Assembly (NCBI GenBank): GCA_964016885.1
Contig: OZ024743.1
Coordinates: 10,602,001-10,666,000, forward strand
Reading direction: 5' to 3'
Length of the DNA stretch: 64,000 bases
DNA from: Eledone cirrhosa
Taxonomy: Eukaryota
A program made the translations under genes and the position numbers. How positions within the stretch are numbered: the first letter of the stretch is position 1; every line of letters starts with the position of its first letter. Below are positions 48,866 to 62,295 of this stretch, in pieces. The notes beneath the pieces are model-generated. The model did no database searches and was not told where the DNA came from. It saw only the letters and a program-made list of their open reading frames with translations.

Positions 48866-48924
48866 GACCTACTAACAACTCTACCAATCCACCACCGGTG
48901 GATTGGTAGAGTTGTTAGTAGGTC
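48866..48924. repeat. Perfect inverted repeat, 28-bp arms with a 3-nt spacer
   Basis: GACCTACTAACAACTCTACCAATCCACC-ACC-GGTGGATTGGTAGAGTTGTTAGTAGGTC. Confidence 0.97.
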
Positions 48925-49239
48925 AGACAAAATGGATTGCAGCATATTGTTATCCAAGATCACCCTGATCTTCAAGGGCACCCTAGGAAAATGCATCCGT
49001 CTGTTCAATTCATTCCAGCTTACAAGTCCATTCTCACTACATTCTCCCACCTTTTAACAAATATACTGGGTGGAGTGGTGCATATCACTCTCTACCCTCA
49101 CCTTTCTTTCCAAATAGTACTTGAAAAAGTCCTTTCACCTCATCTGCCTCACAACCTCTTTCCATAAAGCCACAAAACAGGAAAACTGCCTGCCTTTCGA
49201 TGGCGTCTACCAACAGCCAGATTCATCCTAAATGTGACA

Positions 49240-49420
49240 ACAGATGTTTGATAAAATTCCTCAAGTAATCAATGCATGGGCTCTAGACAAATGCATTCAG
49301 GATGGTTTCATCACTCTGTGTAATGCAACAGATTATATTTTCCATTCATCCAAGATGTCATCTCTCCTCCCTTGTGTATGTCCTGACTCTCGAGCCACTT
49401 TTGCAGAACCTGGAGCCATC
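49240..49420 (+). mobile_element. L1/Tx1-like RT fragment
   Basis: HPRCHLSSLVYVLTLEPLLQNL resembles RQGCPLSPLLYVLALEPLL. Confidence 0.55.
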
Positions 49421-49659
49421 TAACTGCACTTTCATGCCTCCAGAGTTTGTCTTAAACTGGCAATACCCCCACTCCAAACAAAACACTGTACACCCAAGGC
49501 ACACAGAACTGTGTTCAGCAATGCAGGAAAAGCACACAATAAAAATGAGGTTACTGAAAAATATTAATACATTGTTAATTGTTTAATAAAAAGTAACAAA
49601 TCTCACAGAGAAGTCTTGTGAAATAAAATATGTACATACAAGCAAAAGGTCAGACATAA

Positions 49660-50040
49660 ATAGTAGTGCTGGTGCCACAATAAATAGCACCTAATCCACT
49701 CTGAAAATTTTAGTGCTGGTGCCATAATAAAATGCACCCAGTAAACTCTGTAAAGTAGTAGTATTCATACCATGACCACTACTACTGTAAAGTGTATAGT
49801 GTTGGTGTCACAATAAAAGCACCCAGTGTACAATGTAAAGTGGTAGTGCTGATACCATGATAAAAAGTATCCAGTTCCTCTGTAAAGTGATAATGTTGGC
49901 ACCACAATAAAAAGCATTCCGTGCACCATGTAAAGTGGTTGGCATTAAGAAGGCCATCCAGCCATTGAAACCATGCCAAAAATGGAATGTATAAGTTAGA
50001 CAACCAGTCCAAACCATGACAGCAGAAATAAAAAGATGAT
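49660..50040 (+). mobile_element. RTE-tailed element with ~6 tandem ~46-bp body units
   Basis: Repeats of approximate consensus TAGTGCTGGTGCCACAATAAAAGCACCCAGTACACTCTGTAAAGTGG, then GGTTGGCATTAAGAAGGCCATCCAGC. Confidence 0.7.
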
Positions 50041-51289
50041 GTAGCCTATTAATAATAGTAGCAATAATTTTATTTACTATATTTATTATTTTCAAATAGA
50101 TAACTCAGATGAGTTTGAAAATGGCATTTCAGGTAAGCATAGAAATATGAATGTTAAGTTCAATTCTGATAGCAGTCAAATTAAGAATACTTGTGGTAAC
50201 CTTTCTTTCTGTGATACAGCAAAGAGCAAATGTTAATGCTAACTCTCAGACAGTGTAAATCCTGCCAGTTCTATCCTTCAAAATAAAATGAAATGACATA
50301 AAGAACACACATTATGTTTATAACTCCACCCCATCCGAGAAGATTTACATGACAAATTTGGTTTCTTTAAGACATAAAAAAATCAATTTAATTTTGTGGT
50401 CAACACTAATAAGTTTGGGAAGATATGTGAAATGCTGATAACATGTTCACGCTTTGCTTATAGTTATAACTAGATAACATCAGCAGACCAAACAATATCA
50501 AGATGAAATCTAATTTAAAGTGAATCTAGAACTTGATACTACAATATCTGCAAGCTATAATCAATAAAGTTGTTGCAGTGATTTAGTCAGTAAAAACATT
50601 GAATCATTTCATCAATGATTTTAATGTTGCTTTGTTGCTCTGAAATAGAGCCATAACTACTAATAAGTAGAATCAGGAGGAATAGGAAGTATTTGTAGTA
50701 TTACAGAGGAATAGAAATAAATAAAGAATCATGATGATGAGGTTGAGGAAGATGATAATGATGATGATGATGATGATGATGATGATAGTAATAATCTAAG
50801 GTTATTACCAGTTGGGAAGTAGGCCTGAGAATCTATTCTCAACTAAAATGCTCCAAATGCCTTTCACTTCTTACAGTCTCTGACAACATGAAGCTCAGAT
50901 CCTAGCCTTCTCAAGTTGGAGATATTGGAACTGACAAGGAGAAGGGGACAAAGAAAGTTACTGGTGCCTTAAAACCAGCTGCTCTGGGTAGACAGAACTC
51001 ATCAGCCTTGTGTGGCAATCTGTATAGGAGAAGGGTCATTCTGATTTCAAAACTTAAAATTATGAGGGAAGGTGAAGTCTCTCAAAACTCTGGCAAGCAA
51101 TCCACCTAGTAATGGTGTCACAATAAAAGTCTTGGTGATGATACAACCTTATACCTTTCATCCTCAATTATGGAAACAATTTTACAAATCAAAGGGATCT
51201 GGGAAGTGTGACATTGCCCAAGATCCTTGAGTTAGAAGTTTTGGTGGCAATAATTTGTGGCACTGGGGTATCAAAATCTCCAAAAGAGA

Positions 51290-52355
51290 TGAAAACAAAT
51301 ACAAGCAGAAACACACTTGGTTCATGAAAATCATCAACCAGCAGCAAGTGTAGAAAAGAAGAATAGGTTGTTGCTATAGAAAAGAAGAATAAGTTGAAAA
51401 AAAAGGAGATAACTATAAGTATAGGGAAGAAAGTACTTGAGTATAGGAAAGAAAACAGTATATGGGAAATAGAGGAAAAAATCTTAATAAATAGAATTAG
51501 AACAATTTGCTCAGAAAGTGTGGTTGATGAAAATTAAAATCTGTAGAAATGGAGAGTATGCATGTCAAGAGAAAATGCAGGCAAAATCTTTAATCATAAT
51601 AGATCAAACGGAACTGAAAAGAGAGGTTTCTCAGGTTACTGACATATTGAAATATGTATGAATACAGGACATAACCCATTGCAGGAAGGTGGTGAAAGAG
51701 CAGCAGTTGTAGTGGGGGAAATTATGGAAGTGAAGGAGAAAACAAAAAAGACCAGGAATGAATCATATTAGAAAAGAAAAATTCTAAATGATATTCCAAA
51801 GATCCGGAAAGATCTTAGCAGGATAGAAGCATGGTTGGATATGAGATGGAAAAAGACAAAAAGGAACTAAATCATATAACTACAAATTAAAGAGGAAAGG
51901 CTTCTCATTAGTTATGGAACAAGGGAAACAAAGAATAACTGCAAAAACTGGCAAAGGAGATATGACTACAGAATCAAGCAGTTCATAGAAGCAGGGAGTT
52001 TATGATAAACCAAAGTAGATTTTACAGAAAACTAGAAGCAGATTCACTTACAATACCCCATAATCTTGAGGAGGCTAGCAGATTCTGGACCTAGATTTGT
52101 GGAGCAGATGCTATGCACAACAGTCAGGCAAGCCAAACAGGATAGATTAAACCCACCAAAGAAAAGATGAAAGGTGAGATACAAAAGTATATTGGAATCA
52201 GTTATGAGGATGTCATGAAAAGATTGAGATCAATGCCTGATTGGAAGATATTGGGATCAGATGGTATACATGGGTACTGGATGAAATCATTTAAAATTGT
52301 ACAAGATGCCTTATCCAAAACATTGCAAAAATGTGAGGTCTCGGTTTATACCTGA
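51290..52355 (+). mobile_element. R4/Dong-like non-LTR element, N-terminal part to start of RT; decayed
   Basis: IRKDLSRIE, NQSRFYRKL and DWKILGSDGIHGYWMK (resembles NWKAPGPDGIHGYWLK). Confidence 0.65.
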
Positions 52356-52359
52356 ATAG

Positions 52360-53290
52360 TTAGTTGAAGACTGCACAATCTGGATAAAAAGGTGGTAGAG
52401 CAATCTTTACGATGGTGTTGACAAGTCTTACATGTGACAACAGCTGCTCAACAAAACTCCACAAGTCAGCACTGCATAAACACTGGACAAGATGACGTAG
52501 AATGTTTTCACCACTCCCCACACATCTCAGACAGGCCCATCTTACAGAGTTTGTCTTGAATCTGTAGTACTGACAGAAATAGTATTTCTGGAAATTACCC
52601 ATAGTACTTGGGCTAGAAGTCCCCCAGAATAGACTAGCCAGGTAATCCTGGTCAATGCTTAAGGTTTCCTCAAAAACATTATCACTCTTGTCCACCACTA
52701 GTTCCTTATAGAACATTAATATGGAATTCCTACCAACTGCATTGTCCAAGATTACTGTGAATGTCTGACAACATTCCAGATGTCAGGTGACCAGTCTCAG
52801 ATTTTGCTTGACCTAAGACTGCATGTCAGTCAATGAGACAAGCTGTAGAATGAAGTATCTGATGAAAGGCAACCACACCTGTTCTACGAATATTTGCAAA
52901 TGTCACAGACACACCATATATCTGTATATCAGTAGTTATCAAGAGCATTCTGCACAAAGATTTCTGGCAGCAGATAGATTGCCTGACCAGTGAAATGCAT
53001 CACTCTCATAAGAAATGAAAGAACAGAAGCTCCAATCTAGTGAAATGAGAACTGAGGCAAGGCATGACAGTCAGGTGGTAATATATGATGGAGGTTATGT
53101 TATCTCTGCAACCTTTTCTCTCTTCCTCAAGAAGAGGCCATCACTAAAAGAGGATAGCTTCCATGTGACCCTTTTCGGAGTGAGAGTGGCTACCCTGCTC
53201 ATTACTTCATCCCAGTTTCTATCCACCTGGAGGTTTGAACCAAATCAAACCCCAACAACTTTCACTGCTGGAAAATGTCTGCTATTGAGT
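52360..53290 (-). mobile_element. L1/Tx1-like ORF2 C-terminal fragment with CCHC motif
   Basis: CLRC...ENILRHLVQC...DLWSFVEQLLS in ORF 52360..52749. Confidence 0.65.
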
Positions 53291-54281
53291 GAAAGTGAGA
53301 AATGCATAGCTGGTGATAATTCTCTTTGATGCCATTTTGAAAATTCTCCAATAAAACCAATCAGATTTTCAGACACCCAAAAACACACTTTAGTAGCAAA
53401 AATCCAGGGTCTTTCTTTCTGTAAACTCAGAATATTTTATCTTTCTTAATATTACTTGGTAACAATTTCCAAAGTAAACACGTCACAGGTAACAGGTGAG
53501 AAAACTGAGCAGTCAAAGTGACACTCATCCAATGTAAACAAACCCAACAACAATTGAACAGACAGTATAACAGATGTGACAACAAATCAACAAGAAAACC
53601 TATATGTGATCAGTTGACTTTCTAGAAATAGCACCCCATCCATCGTAAAGAAGGAAACATTGGATAATTTAGTCCTAGAACACTGTCTGAATAAAAGATG
53701 CAATGGTTGTGTTAGAATTTCAATATCCTTATGTCTGCTTGATTAGGTTTAACCAGAAGCTAAAATATATGCATAAAAAGTCACTACTGCTGATGCATAA
53801 AAGATATAAACTAAAGTCTTAGAAAACACTTGAGAGCAAGTGATTCAAATGATATATAAATGCCCCTCTATTCCAGCATATCTCGAGTAATATTCCCATA
53901 TGATCTGATAGCTGTTTACAATAGCTAGCTGAATAGATGCAAAGTAGAACAAAATATTTCACCAATGAAACACAAACAGCAATCTTGAACTTATCACCTA
54001 TAAGCTTGTAGCCCAACATCTTATTCGATCTAAACTTCCAATGAAAGAAACTAGATAATGTATCGTATAACACTGGATAGTATAACAGATGTATGATAAG
54101 AGAAAATGTAACAAATGTGTGAGAACAAACAGCACTATAAATACAAGGCAACAAATAATATTACAAATGTATATAACAGCAGTAACAAAAGTGCTTAGTA
54201 TAAACATTATCAAAAATGTAGGACACAAGATATCATTATTGTATGAGTACATTAAGTATTGGAGATATATGATATTAAACA

Positions 54282-54560
54282 ATCTATCTCTATCTAAGGC
54301 GGGTAAAATTCCCGAGATCCATGGACGAGTTCTCTCCAGCGGTCTCTGTCCCTCATCATCGCTGCCATGTCCTGCATCTCCAACAGACCAGTGTCTGTCC
54401 TTAGGGCATCAACATACGTTAACCTTGGTCTTCCTCTTCTAGTGTGTCCATGTAGGGGCTCCCAAAGGAGCACTGAGTGCAATGTCAATTCTGGATGTCG
54501 GTGAGCATGTCCAGCTAACCTCAGTCTCCTCTGTGTCACTTTTGAGCTGACTTATTGCAT
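54282..54560 (-). mobile_element. 3' end of a second RTE-group LINE family
   Basis: QRRLRLAGHAHRHPE...LLWEP.HG...GRPRLTYVD; short ATAG-type tail right after the stop. Confidence 0.8.
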
Positions 54561-54624
54561 ATTAATACAAGGTATCTTCTATAATTAATGAGAAAATTTC
54601 AGAAGCAACATTATTTATTTTTAT

Positions 54625-55120
54625 AAGCTTACAAAACTTTGTCTCCTTTAAAACAATGACATCTCACTTCCTCACAGTTGTGCAGGCAGCTTTCCCGCTC
54701 ATGGAAGACATCCTCCGAGTTCTTATACAGTCCAATCAAGAAATTCACTGATCCTCCTTCAGCTCATTTGTTGTCTCAAATCTGATTCCCTGGGGCTGTC
54801 TTTTATGCATAGGAACAGGAAAATGTCTCATTGAACCAGGTCAGGGATGTAGGGTGGGTGTTGTACCACTTTCATTCCCCTGTTGTTCATCAAGGTGGTT
54901 ACCGGCATTGACTTGTAGCATAGCACATTGTCCTTATCGAACCACCACTCTCCGATGTTCCACCACTATAGCCTCTCTTTCCACATCCTCTCTCTGAACC
55001 TTTTCTGATCTTCCAGGTAATATTGACAGCTTGGCACTCAGGAACCCATTCAAAGTGAATTAGCTCCTGGGATTAAAAAAAAAGGAATGACCATAGCCTT
55101 CTCTTGATCTGCTCATTTTT
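54625..55120 (-). mobile_element. mariner (DD34D) transposase C-terminal relic
   Basis: WWFDKDN...HPPYIPDLVQ*DIFLF with 34 residues between the catalytic Asp positions; GIRFET downstream. Confidence 0.8.
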
Positions 55121-56144
55121 GCCTTCTTCAAATGAATTTTTTTATGATGCATAATATTATTTACATTAAAATCTTAGAAGTTACTTCATAAATTGTTTAC
55201 ATTTTTGTATTAATGATATATTTTACAAGAAATAGTTTGACACTATATACTATTTTCAAGCAAGATAGTATGTATTTTGGCAATACTTAGTATTCTGGGC
55301 TGCAATGAAAAAGGAATCAACTGTGATCCAATAGGATATCTTATCAAGAGTTGAATGATTAGAAAATGAATCAAAGAGAACAAAATCAAAATGAAACTAA
55401 CAATCAACAAAGATTTCTTGTGTTAGATTATTTCGGTATGGAAAAACAAATATTCTGAAAGTAGGAATATGTTGAAGAAAATAAAGTAAAATAGAGGATC
55501 AAATTACTTGGGATGATGAGGACATGAAACCTGAGAAGAAAACATTCATACAATAAACACAGTTTGTTAGTTTTATTTCATGTCATTTCACTTGTAGTGA
55601 TTCAATCAAACACAGAGTGGAATAGGTTTCTAATCCTAGGAACTGATTATCACTGTTGCCGATATTCATAATAAAGATTCTTGCCAAAGTTTCATATAAA
55701 TAAAGTGTATGTAGAAGCCCTGCTAAATGCAGAAACAATGGTTACAAGATACATACAAGAACTAGAATGCTGTCAGAGAAGTTTTAAGAACACTGACCTT
55801 TTCCAAAAGATGATGCTGACAGCTATTGCTTGTTAGACACATCTTACCCATATCGTCAAAGAAAATCAGATATACAGCTAACAATAATGATGAAGAGGGT
55901 GATGATGATGATGAGAATCCTGAAACCATTATATTATTACTTTTTATCTGTGTCAAATCTGTTCACTTTATTCTTTGTGTTATTTCTCAAATCATCTAAG
56001 CAACAAAGGAAAACCAATAAAAAGAAAACCAGCTGGTGATTCATAGTTTTGACTGTTGAACAGTCAAAGAAAAGCAATTCTCTATTGTGTTTTCATTTCA
56101 CTGGAGGGTCTCTAATAGGCTAAATCTATCATAGAAACAATTAA

Positions 56145-56397
56145 CCTTTTTGATACCAAGCCACCTGAAACTGCATTTGGTTCTATGACACATAACTGTT
56201 TATTTTAAAGTGTTGATATTTATCTGAAAGCATTCATAATTTTATGGAAGAACCTTTGTTTAGTTATGATCCAAACATCAGCTAAATAATGTACATGTTA
56301 GTTATATTACTAAATCCCTCTAAATTTTATATTAACTTTTAAATTATTTGAAAATCATTAGACAGTGTCTTTCATTCGAAATATGGTAATGAAATAA
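56145..56397. mobile_element. piggyBac-like MITE copy
   Basis: TTAA|CCTTTTTGATACCAAGCCACCTGAAACTGC...|TTAA. Confidence 0.65.
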
Positions 56398-57944
56398 TTA
56401 AGATATTTTGACTGACTCCACATGGACTCCAAGACATTTAACAAATATTCTGATAATTCGATCTTTACTTGGGGCCTGTTGTGCCTCTACAATAGTATGA
56501 AAGTATATTCTTTGGAACCATCTACAGAAGTTGTAATAAGATAGACATGTGTCCAGGGAGGTGTAATATCTGTAACACTAAGATGTTCTTTCACTGACTA
56601 CAGGATTAGGAGTTCAATCCCTTCTACTACTCATTTGTATCTCTAAATCTACCAAACTGCTAACTAGGTTCCATTTCATTTTTGGGGTTAGCAGATAAGA
56701 GGTCGTTTATGTATAAAGTTTATAATCATAAGTAATTATATAACTTTCTTTAACACTCTCAACCTTTTTAGTATGTAAAATTAATATGATTAAAAAATGA
56801 TTGATTAATATCCAGAGTGTTGGAGAGGATGGACTCAAAGGCATGAATAATATACACTCATTAATTAATTCAATCGTTTTTTAAAATTCAGATATTGAGG
56901 GTTAGTTAAATAATAGTTAGGCAGAGATTTACTTCACATCCATGTAACATTGTGACTCTAGAGCCAAAAGCTGGCCTTCAAGTCTCTTATGTAGAGCCCT
57001 GTAAATATAGAATATCAAAACCTTTTTGGCAAAGTATGTCGTTTCAAGAAGTCAAATGTGTTCTGTAATTTTTGTTTTGCTTTGTTGCTACGTTGTCATG
57101 TAAATGAAAAGAATGTGTATGAATGCTTCTTCATGCAGATAAAACTCAGATTACTTCTAAAATAGTAATGCCTGCACTGCTCTCTTTTTCAACTCACAGC
57201 TATTGTGATATTTTCCTCTCACAAATAGCTTTGAGAACCAATCATTGTTGTCAAATACAATATTTTCTACATGGATGATATTTTTGAAATAAGATTAATT
57301 TAGCTAGTCAACATCTGCAGCAACAACATTTTTTTTTTAATTTTGTCATTACACTTTGAATAGAATACCTTACAAAAACTCTGCTTCGAGTCTGGTTAGA
57401 ATAAGTTAAAGCAATTTCTTGTAGTACAGCAAACTCCTAGTTGATAACAATAAGCTGATAATAATGACTTAATTTTAATCTCCTACTGCACCTGCTTGTG
57501 GAAATATGCATTTAAATTCTATGGCAGACTAATGAAAATATTAAACAAGCAGAAATTTTATTAAACAAGCAGAATCTTTGGATTAATATCATTCTTCAAG
57601 GATCTCTTCAAATTACTTATATTTAATTCAGCCTCACCACTTTTGTCATCCATAATAACCATTATTATTTCTAAATTTGCCAAAAGGAAGCACTTAATTA
57701 TATTTGACTCCAGTTCTTGTTTTGACTACTACATGTATTATTGACCTTTTGAAGGATGAAAGATAAAGTTGCACATGACAAATTTTTAACCCATAAAGCA
57801 AAAAGGGGTAACTAAATATTGTATTGCCTCTTTCCTGGCATGCTACAGTTTCTACCAATCCACAACTAGTACATTAGTGATAATGCTTTCTAACCCTGAG
57901 AAAGAACAACAAGATTTGAACTTTAAATATAAATGAACATGATA

Positions 57945-58150
57945 AAATATTGGCCTACAATTTTGAGGAAGGAGAAAATCGATTAAACCGCCCTGAGTGC
58001 ATTACTGGTACTTTATTTTATCGACCCCGTAAGGATGAAATCAAAGCTAACCTTGGCAGGATCTGAACTCAGATCATAAAAGGGCATAACTCTATGCCAT
58101 AAAACATGTTGTCAGACATTCTACCAATACTGCCAATCCACCACCCTTGA
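57945..58150 (-). mobile_element. Deu/Nin-domain SINE
   Basis: CTGGTACTTTATTTTATCGACCCCGTAAGGATGAAA and GGATCTGAACTC (B box on the minus strand). Confidence 0.8.
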
Positions 58151-60947
58151 GCATGACAAAATACTACAAGGAATTTTGTCCACCACTATATTGATTCTAT
58201 CATCAGCCAATCTACCAATTCTCTTATCTGCCACTTTAATGATTCTGCCACTGCATTTTATAATCATAATGAGGATTAGGATGTCATTATTCTAGACTTT
58301 ATCAAAGGAAACAAAGACATAAAAGAGAAATACATTTCTAAAGAAAGATTTTAAGCAATTAAAATATTTACAATTATATCTTATTTTCCTGCACTACTGT
58401 ATTTATCAAGGAAATACTTCAATGGAGTTGTGTACATTAATAAGCAACTTATGACCCACTTAATCTTATACCTTTTATCCTTGATTTTGACTCATTAACC
58501 AATACTAAGTTGGTCACACCCCTCCCCCAATTTTCATAGATATATTTTTGAGAAGAGATTAGATGTTTTTAATTCAAGGCATCTCTTTCTTAAAAGCTTC
58601 AAAAATGGGTCTTGTGTGTCTTAAGCCTCACCCAATCAAACACATGCTGGTTATATAGCGTCCTTGTCAATAGTAATAAGGAATAAATACACTCATTTAT
58701 TGAGTTTGTCTCTGTCTGGCTGAAACATTAGCAGTATAATCGATTTTTACATTGAGATTAATTAGTTCTGCTCTACAGAGGAAACAAAGGAAACCAGTGA
58801 CATCCTTCTGAAGTCTGACAACCAAGAGGCATTGCTTAAAATCATCAGACACTGTTTTAAAAGCCCACTACAGCAATACATCATCAGCTAATTGTCATGC
58901 AATGTCTTGCTATCTGGTTTCAGACAAGGAGAGCAAACTGATAATCCTGAGTTTAAAGGTTAGTCAGAAAAGTTTCTGTTGCTTTTTTTAGTCATATCGA
59001 ACTCATCTTCCAAACTATCATTTCTCATTCCTTCTGTTAATTCTCTATAAAATTATGTAATTGAGTTCAGCATTCTGCTCACATTTATCATGTGATAAAG
59101 TACTGTAAGTGCATGGCAACCTTCTAGATGGATCTTTCACAGGATCTTTGTTTCTCTATTGACTTAGTTTGACCTGTCTACTCTTCACTAATATTTGCTG
59201 ATACATCAGCTTCAGTACATGCTGGCCATTTTAAAACTAGGAATATTTATAGGTAATAAACAGACCCTCTGGCTAAGTGGAGATGGTTCTTCTTCAAATG
59301 TTGAAGTAACTTTTTTCCTTCAAGAAATGTACTACAGCCTAGAAAAAAGATGTTGAGGTTATGAAATATATTGTAGTAAACTGAATTTTTCTGTAGTTCA
59401 ACAAAGTTAGATAACAAACATTTCTTCATTAATATTGCTGTTGTTTTCAAATATATTTCTTCAATTTAGCAGCAACTACATTGATAACACGTATATGTAA
59501 AGGCATACACAATATGTTTATGTGTAATAAACATAAGAGTCTCACTATGAATATTTAAGCCATGATCATGTCGCAGCTATCTCAGTAGTTGTGCAAGAAT
59601 ATAACACACATGATTCTGGATTTATATCTGTCACTGGGGGGCATTTACTGATTCAATACTGAAACAATATTAAGCTGTAGCTTATATACCTTTTTGCATA
59701 TGAAATATTGCCTGGAAATGCTCATGTTTGTAGTTTGAACTTGACCAGCTAGGATTAATTAGTAGTAGCACTAACATAGCATGGCTCATAGTAGAGATGT
59801 TTATGAAGGAATATGTTCATGTATAATAAACATACAAGTCTTGCTATGAATATTTTAAGCTAAGATCATGTCACAGCTATGCCAGTAGCCATGTGAGAAT
59901 ATAAGACATATGTCTCTTTTTTAATCCATCATCAGTGTCATTTACTCACTCAGTACAGAGGCAAGAATAAGCTATAGCTATGCTAATTTATTTCATCTGG
60001 TCAAGTTTGCACTATAGACAGGTAACAATTGACCATCAGTTTGAACATCTGTAATTTGCAAAATGTGCTGCTCTCAAATTTTTTTTCTAGTTTCTCTTTT
60101 CTTGGATATTTACAGATGTTAAATGAAGATGATGTTTAAAACCATTTCAAACTCACAAATATTGATATCCATGGCAGATTAGTGGTAGTAATTCTTACTA
60201 CCCATTTCTTCATATATAATGATTTCAATATAGGTTTTCTGTTTCAACTATTCTTGGTTTGTCTATTGTATTTTTTCCCTTTTGCTAGTTGCTTGTAACT
60301 AAACAACAATATGTGCCTCTATTACAGTTTACCCCAAACTGCTATTCTATTGTAAACTGATTTCTTTGGACTTAAATCCTTATCTTGGTTGTTGTAGTCA
60401 CAAGGTTTCAGTCACTCTAGCCTCAGGCCATCCTCATGGGCTTGTCACATTTAGTATTGTTCACAAAATCTTATACTAAACTTTTTATTCAAACCAGAAA
60501 AGTAGATTATTCTCATTTCATTGTCAATGTTGAAGATACCCTTGTATTATTTAGTGGTTACTTATCATGTAAGCTTGTTTGTTCTGTTTAAATTAGAGTG
60601 AAAGTAACCCAAGGATTTATCTCATGACTAGAAGTTAGACTAGCAAACCTAATATTTAATCACAATTATATTGACTATGATTGTTGTTTCAGAAATATGC
60701 TATTGTTTGAGAAATGCAAACAAAATGTTATCAAATGTTTTTCAAATTAAATTGTCGAGGTATTTGAATATGACAGTTTTCATTGTATTTCTCATATGTA
60801 TGTGTTTTGTAAATTATAAACTGTTCTATATCTGCAATCTTATCGATATATTATAGCTTGTAAACTTATAATAATGATATCTGACTTTGGCTCAAAGTCA
60901 AATTTTTTCTGAAAAGATGTATAGTTGAATATATCAATTCCTACTTA

Positions 60948-61410
60948 CTTTTTTTTTCTTTTTCATCTAGAGGAAGAGCTGCACCCATAGCCTTTGTAGA
61001 CCATCTGTTACTAATACCTATTTGAACGTTCCTGAAAAGAGGAAAGGAAGCAGTCATTTTTTTAAAATATTAATTAATCAATGAAGAGGCAGGTTGCCCA
61101 TGGACTTTGTAAGTCATCTAAACATGTGAGATCAATATAGTTGATATTCAGTTTAAACTTCTCTAGTTCAATGCCAGGTGGAACAAGGGAGCAGGAAGGT
61201 GGTTGTAGCTCTAGAAAGTAATGTCTGAGCTAAGCGTTTAATATAAGATCATGAACTAGAGGGTTAAGACAAGTGGAAAGAGAATCAGTGTGTCAGGAAA
61301 CAGGAATGGATGTGATATTCAGCTTGGTAATTTTGAGAAGCTGACACTATTGAAGTAGTAATAGAACAGACAGAAAAGAATCAGCTCATCCATAAACCAG
61401 TGGTTATGAT
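60948..61410 (-). mobile_element. CR1/L2-like LINE 3' end with A-rich tail; decayed
   Basis: Minus strand LFCLFYYYFN motif; ends GGGTGCAGCTCTTCCTCTAGATGAAAAAG(A)n. Confidence 0.4.
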
Positions 61411-62079
61411 ATATTGGGAAGTTAGTATTTGTTAATTAACCAAGTAGCCTTCTTTTGTGGTGTGGTTTTGTAAGTTTGTGTTTAGCACATGAAATCCCAC
61501 CCCAATAGTGAGCTCTATGCCAATATGAGCTTCATTAAGATTTTGTAGAAAATCAGAAACTGGCCAGAGATGAAGCTTAGTCTTTGGGATGTAGTTTTGA
61601 TATTTTATGTGTAAAGTGACTGAGTGATTGTTAAAGTTTGTGAGGTCAAATATTTGTAATGATTTTGAAATCTGAAATCAACTTTGCCTTTCATCCTTTC
61701 AAGGTCGATAAAAAAATGTACCAGTCAAGTACTGAGGTTGATACTTGCACTATATCTCTTTATCACTTTCTCTCTCTCACTCTCAATCCTTCTCTGGAAG
61801 AAATCTGCTCTGTTCAAACTTGGAGAGGGATGGGCTCTGCCAGGCTTAAAATGGCCAAGAAATGCAGTATGCCATTACAGTGCCCCTACACTTCCATCAG
61901 GAGTTATGGGACTATCACATAACATATAACCTGGTTGGGAGTGTATTCCTTTAGAGCTCCTATAAATATGGAGGCTATTTTTCTATTCTTACTCTTCCTC
62001 CATTTATTTGTAAATATCACACTGATCATAATCATATGGTGACATCTATGTCATCATAATTATCATCAATATTATTATC

Positions 62080-62295
62080 AGGGCGGTGAATTAGCAGTAT
62101 CGGTAGAGCATCGGACAACAGGCTTTATAGCATAGAGTTATGCCCCTTTATGATCTGAGTTCAAATCCTGCCAAGTTTAACTTTGCCTTTCATCCTTATG
62201 AGGTCGATAAAACAAAGTACCAGTAATGCACTGGAGTCGATTTAATTAACTTTCCCCTCTCCCATAATTGTTGGCCTTGTGCCTAAATCAGATAT
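62080..62295 (+). mobile_element. Deu/Nin-domain SINE, near full length
   Basis: GGCGGTGAATTAGCAGTATCGGTAGAGC head, B box GAGTTCAAATCC, GCCTTTCATCCTTATGAGGTCGATAAAA domain. Confidence 0.82.

Noticed and set aside
53819-54154. 111-aa minus-strand ORF and similar short ORFs (30230, 35095, 59247, 62510)
   Set aside because: No recognisable motifs or convincing paired splice sites; composition typical of random AT-rich frames.
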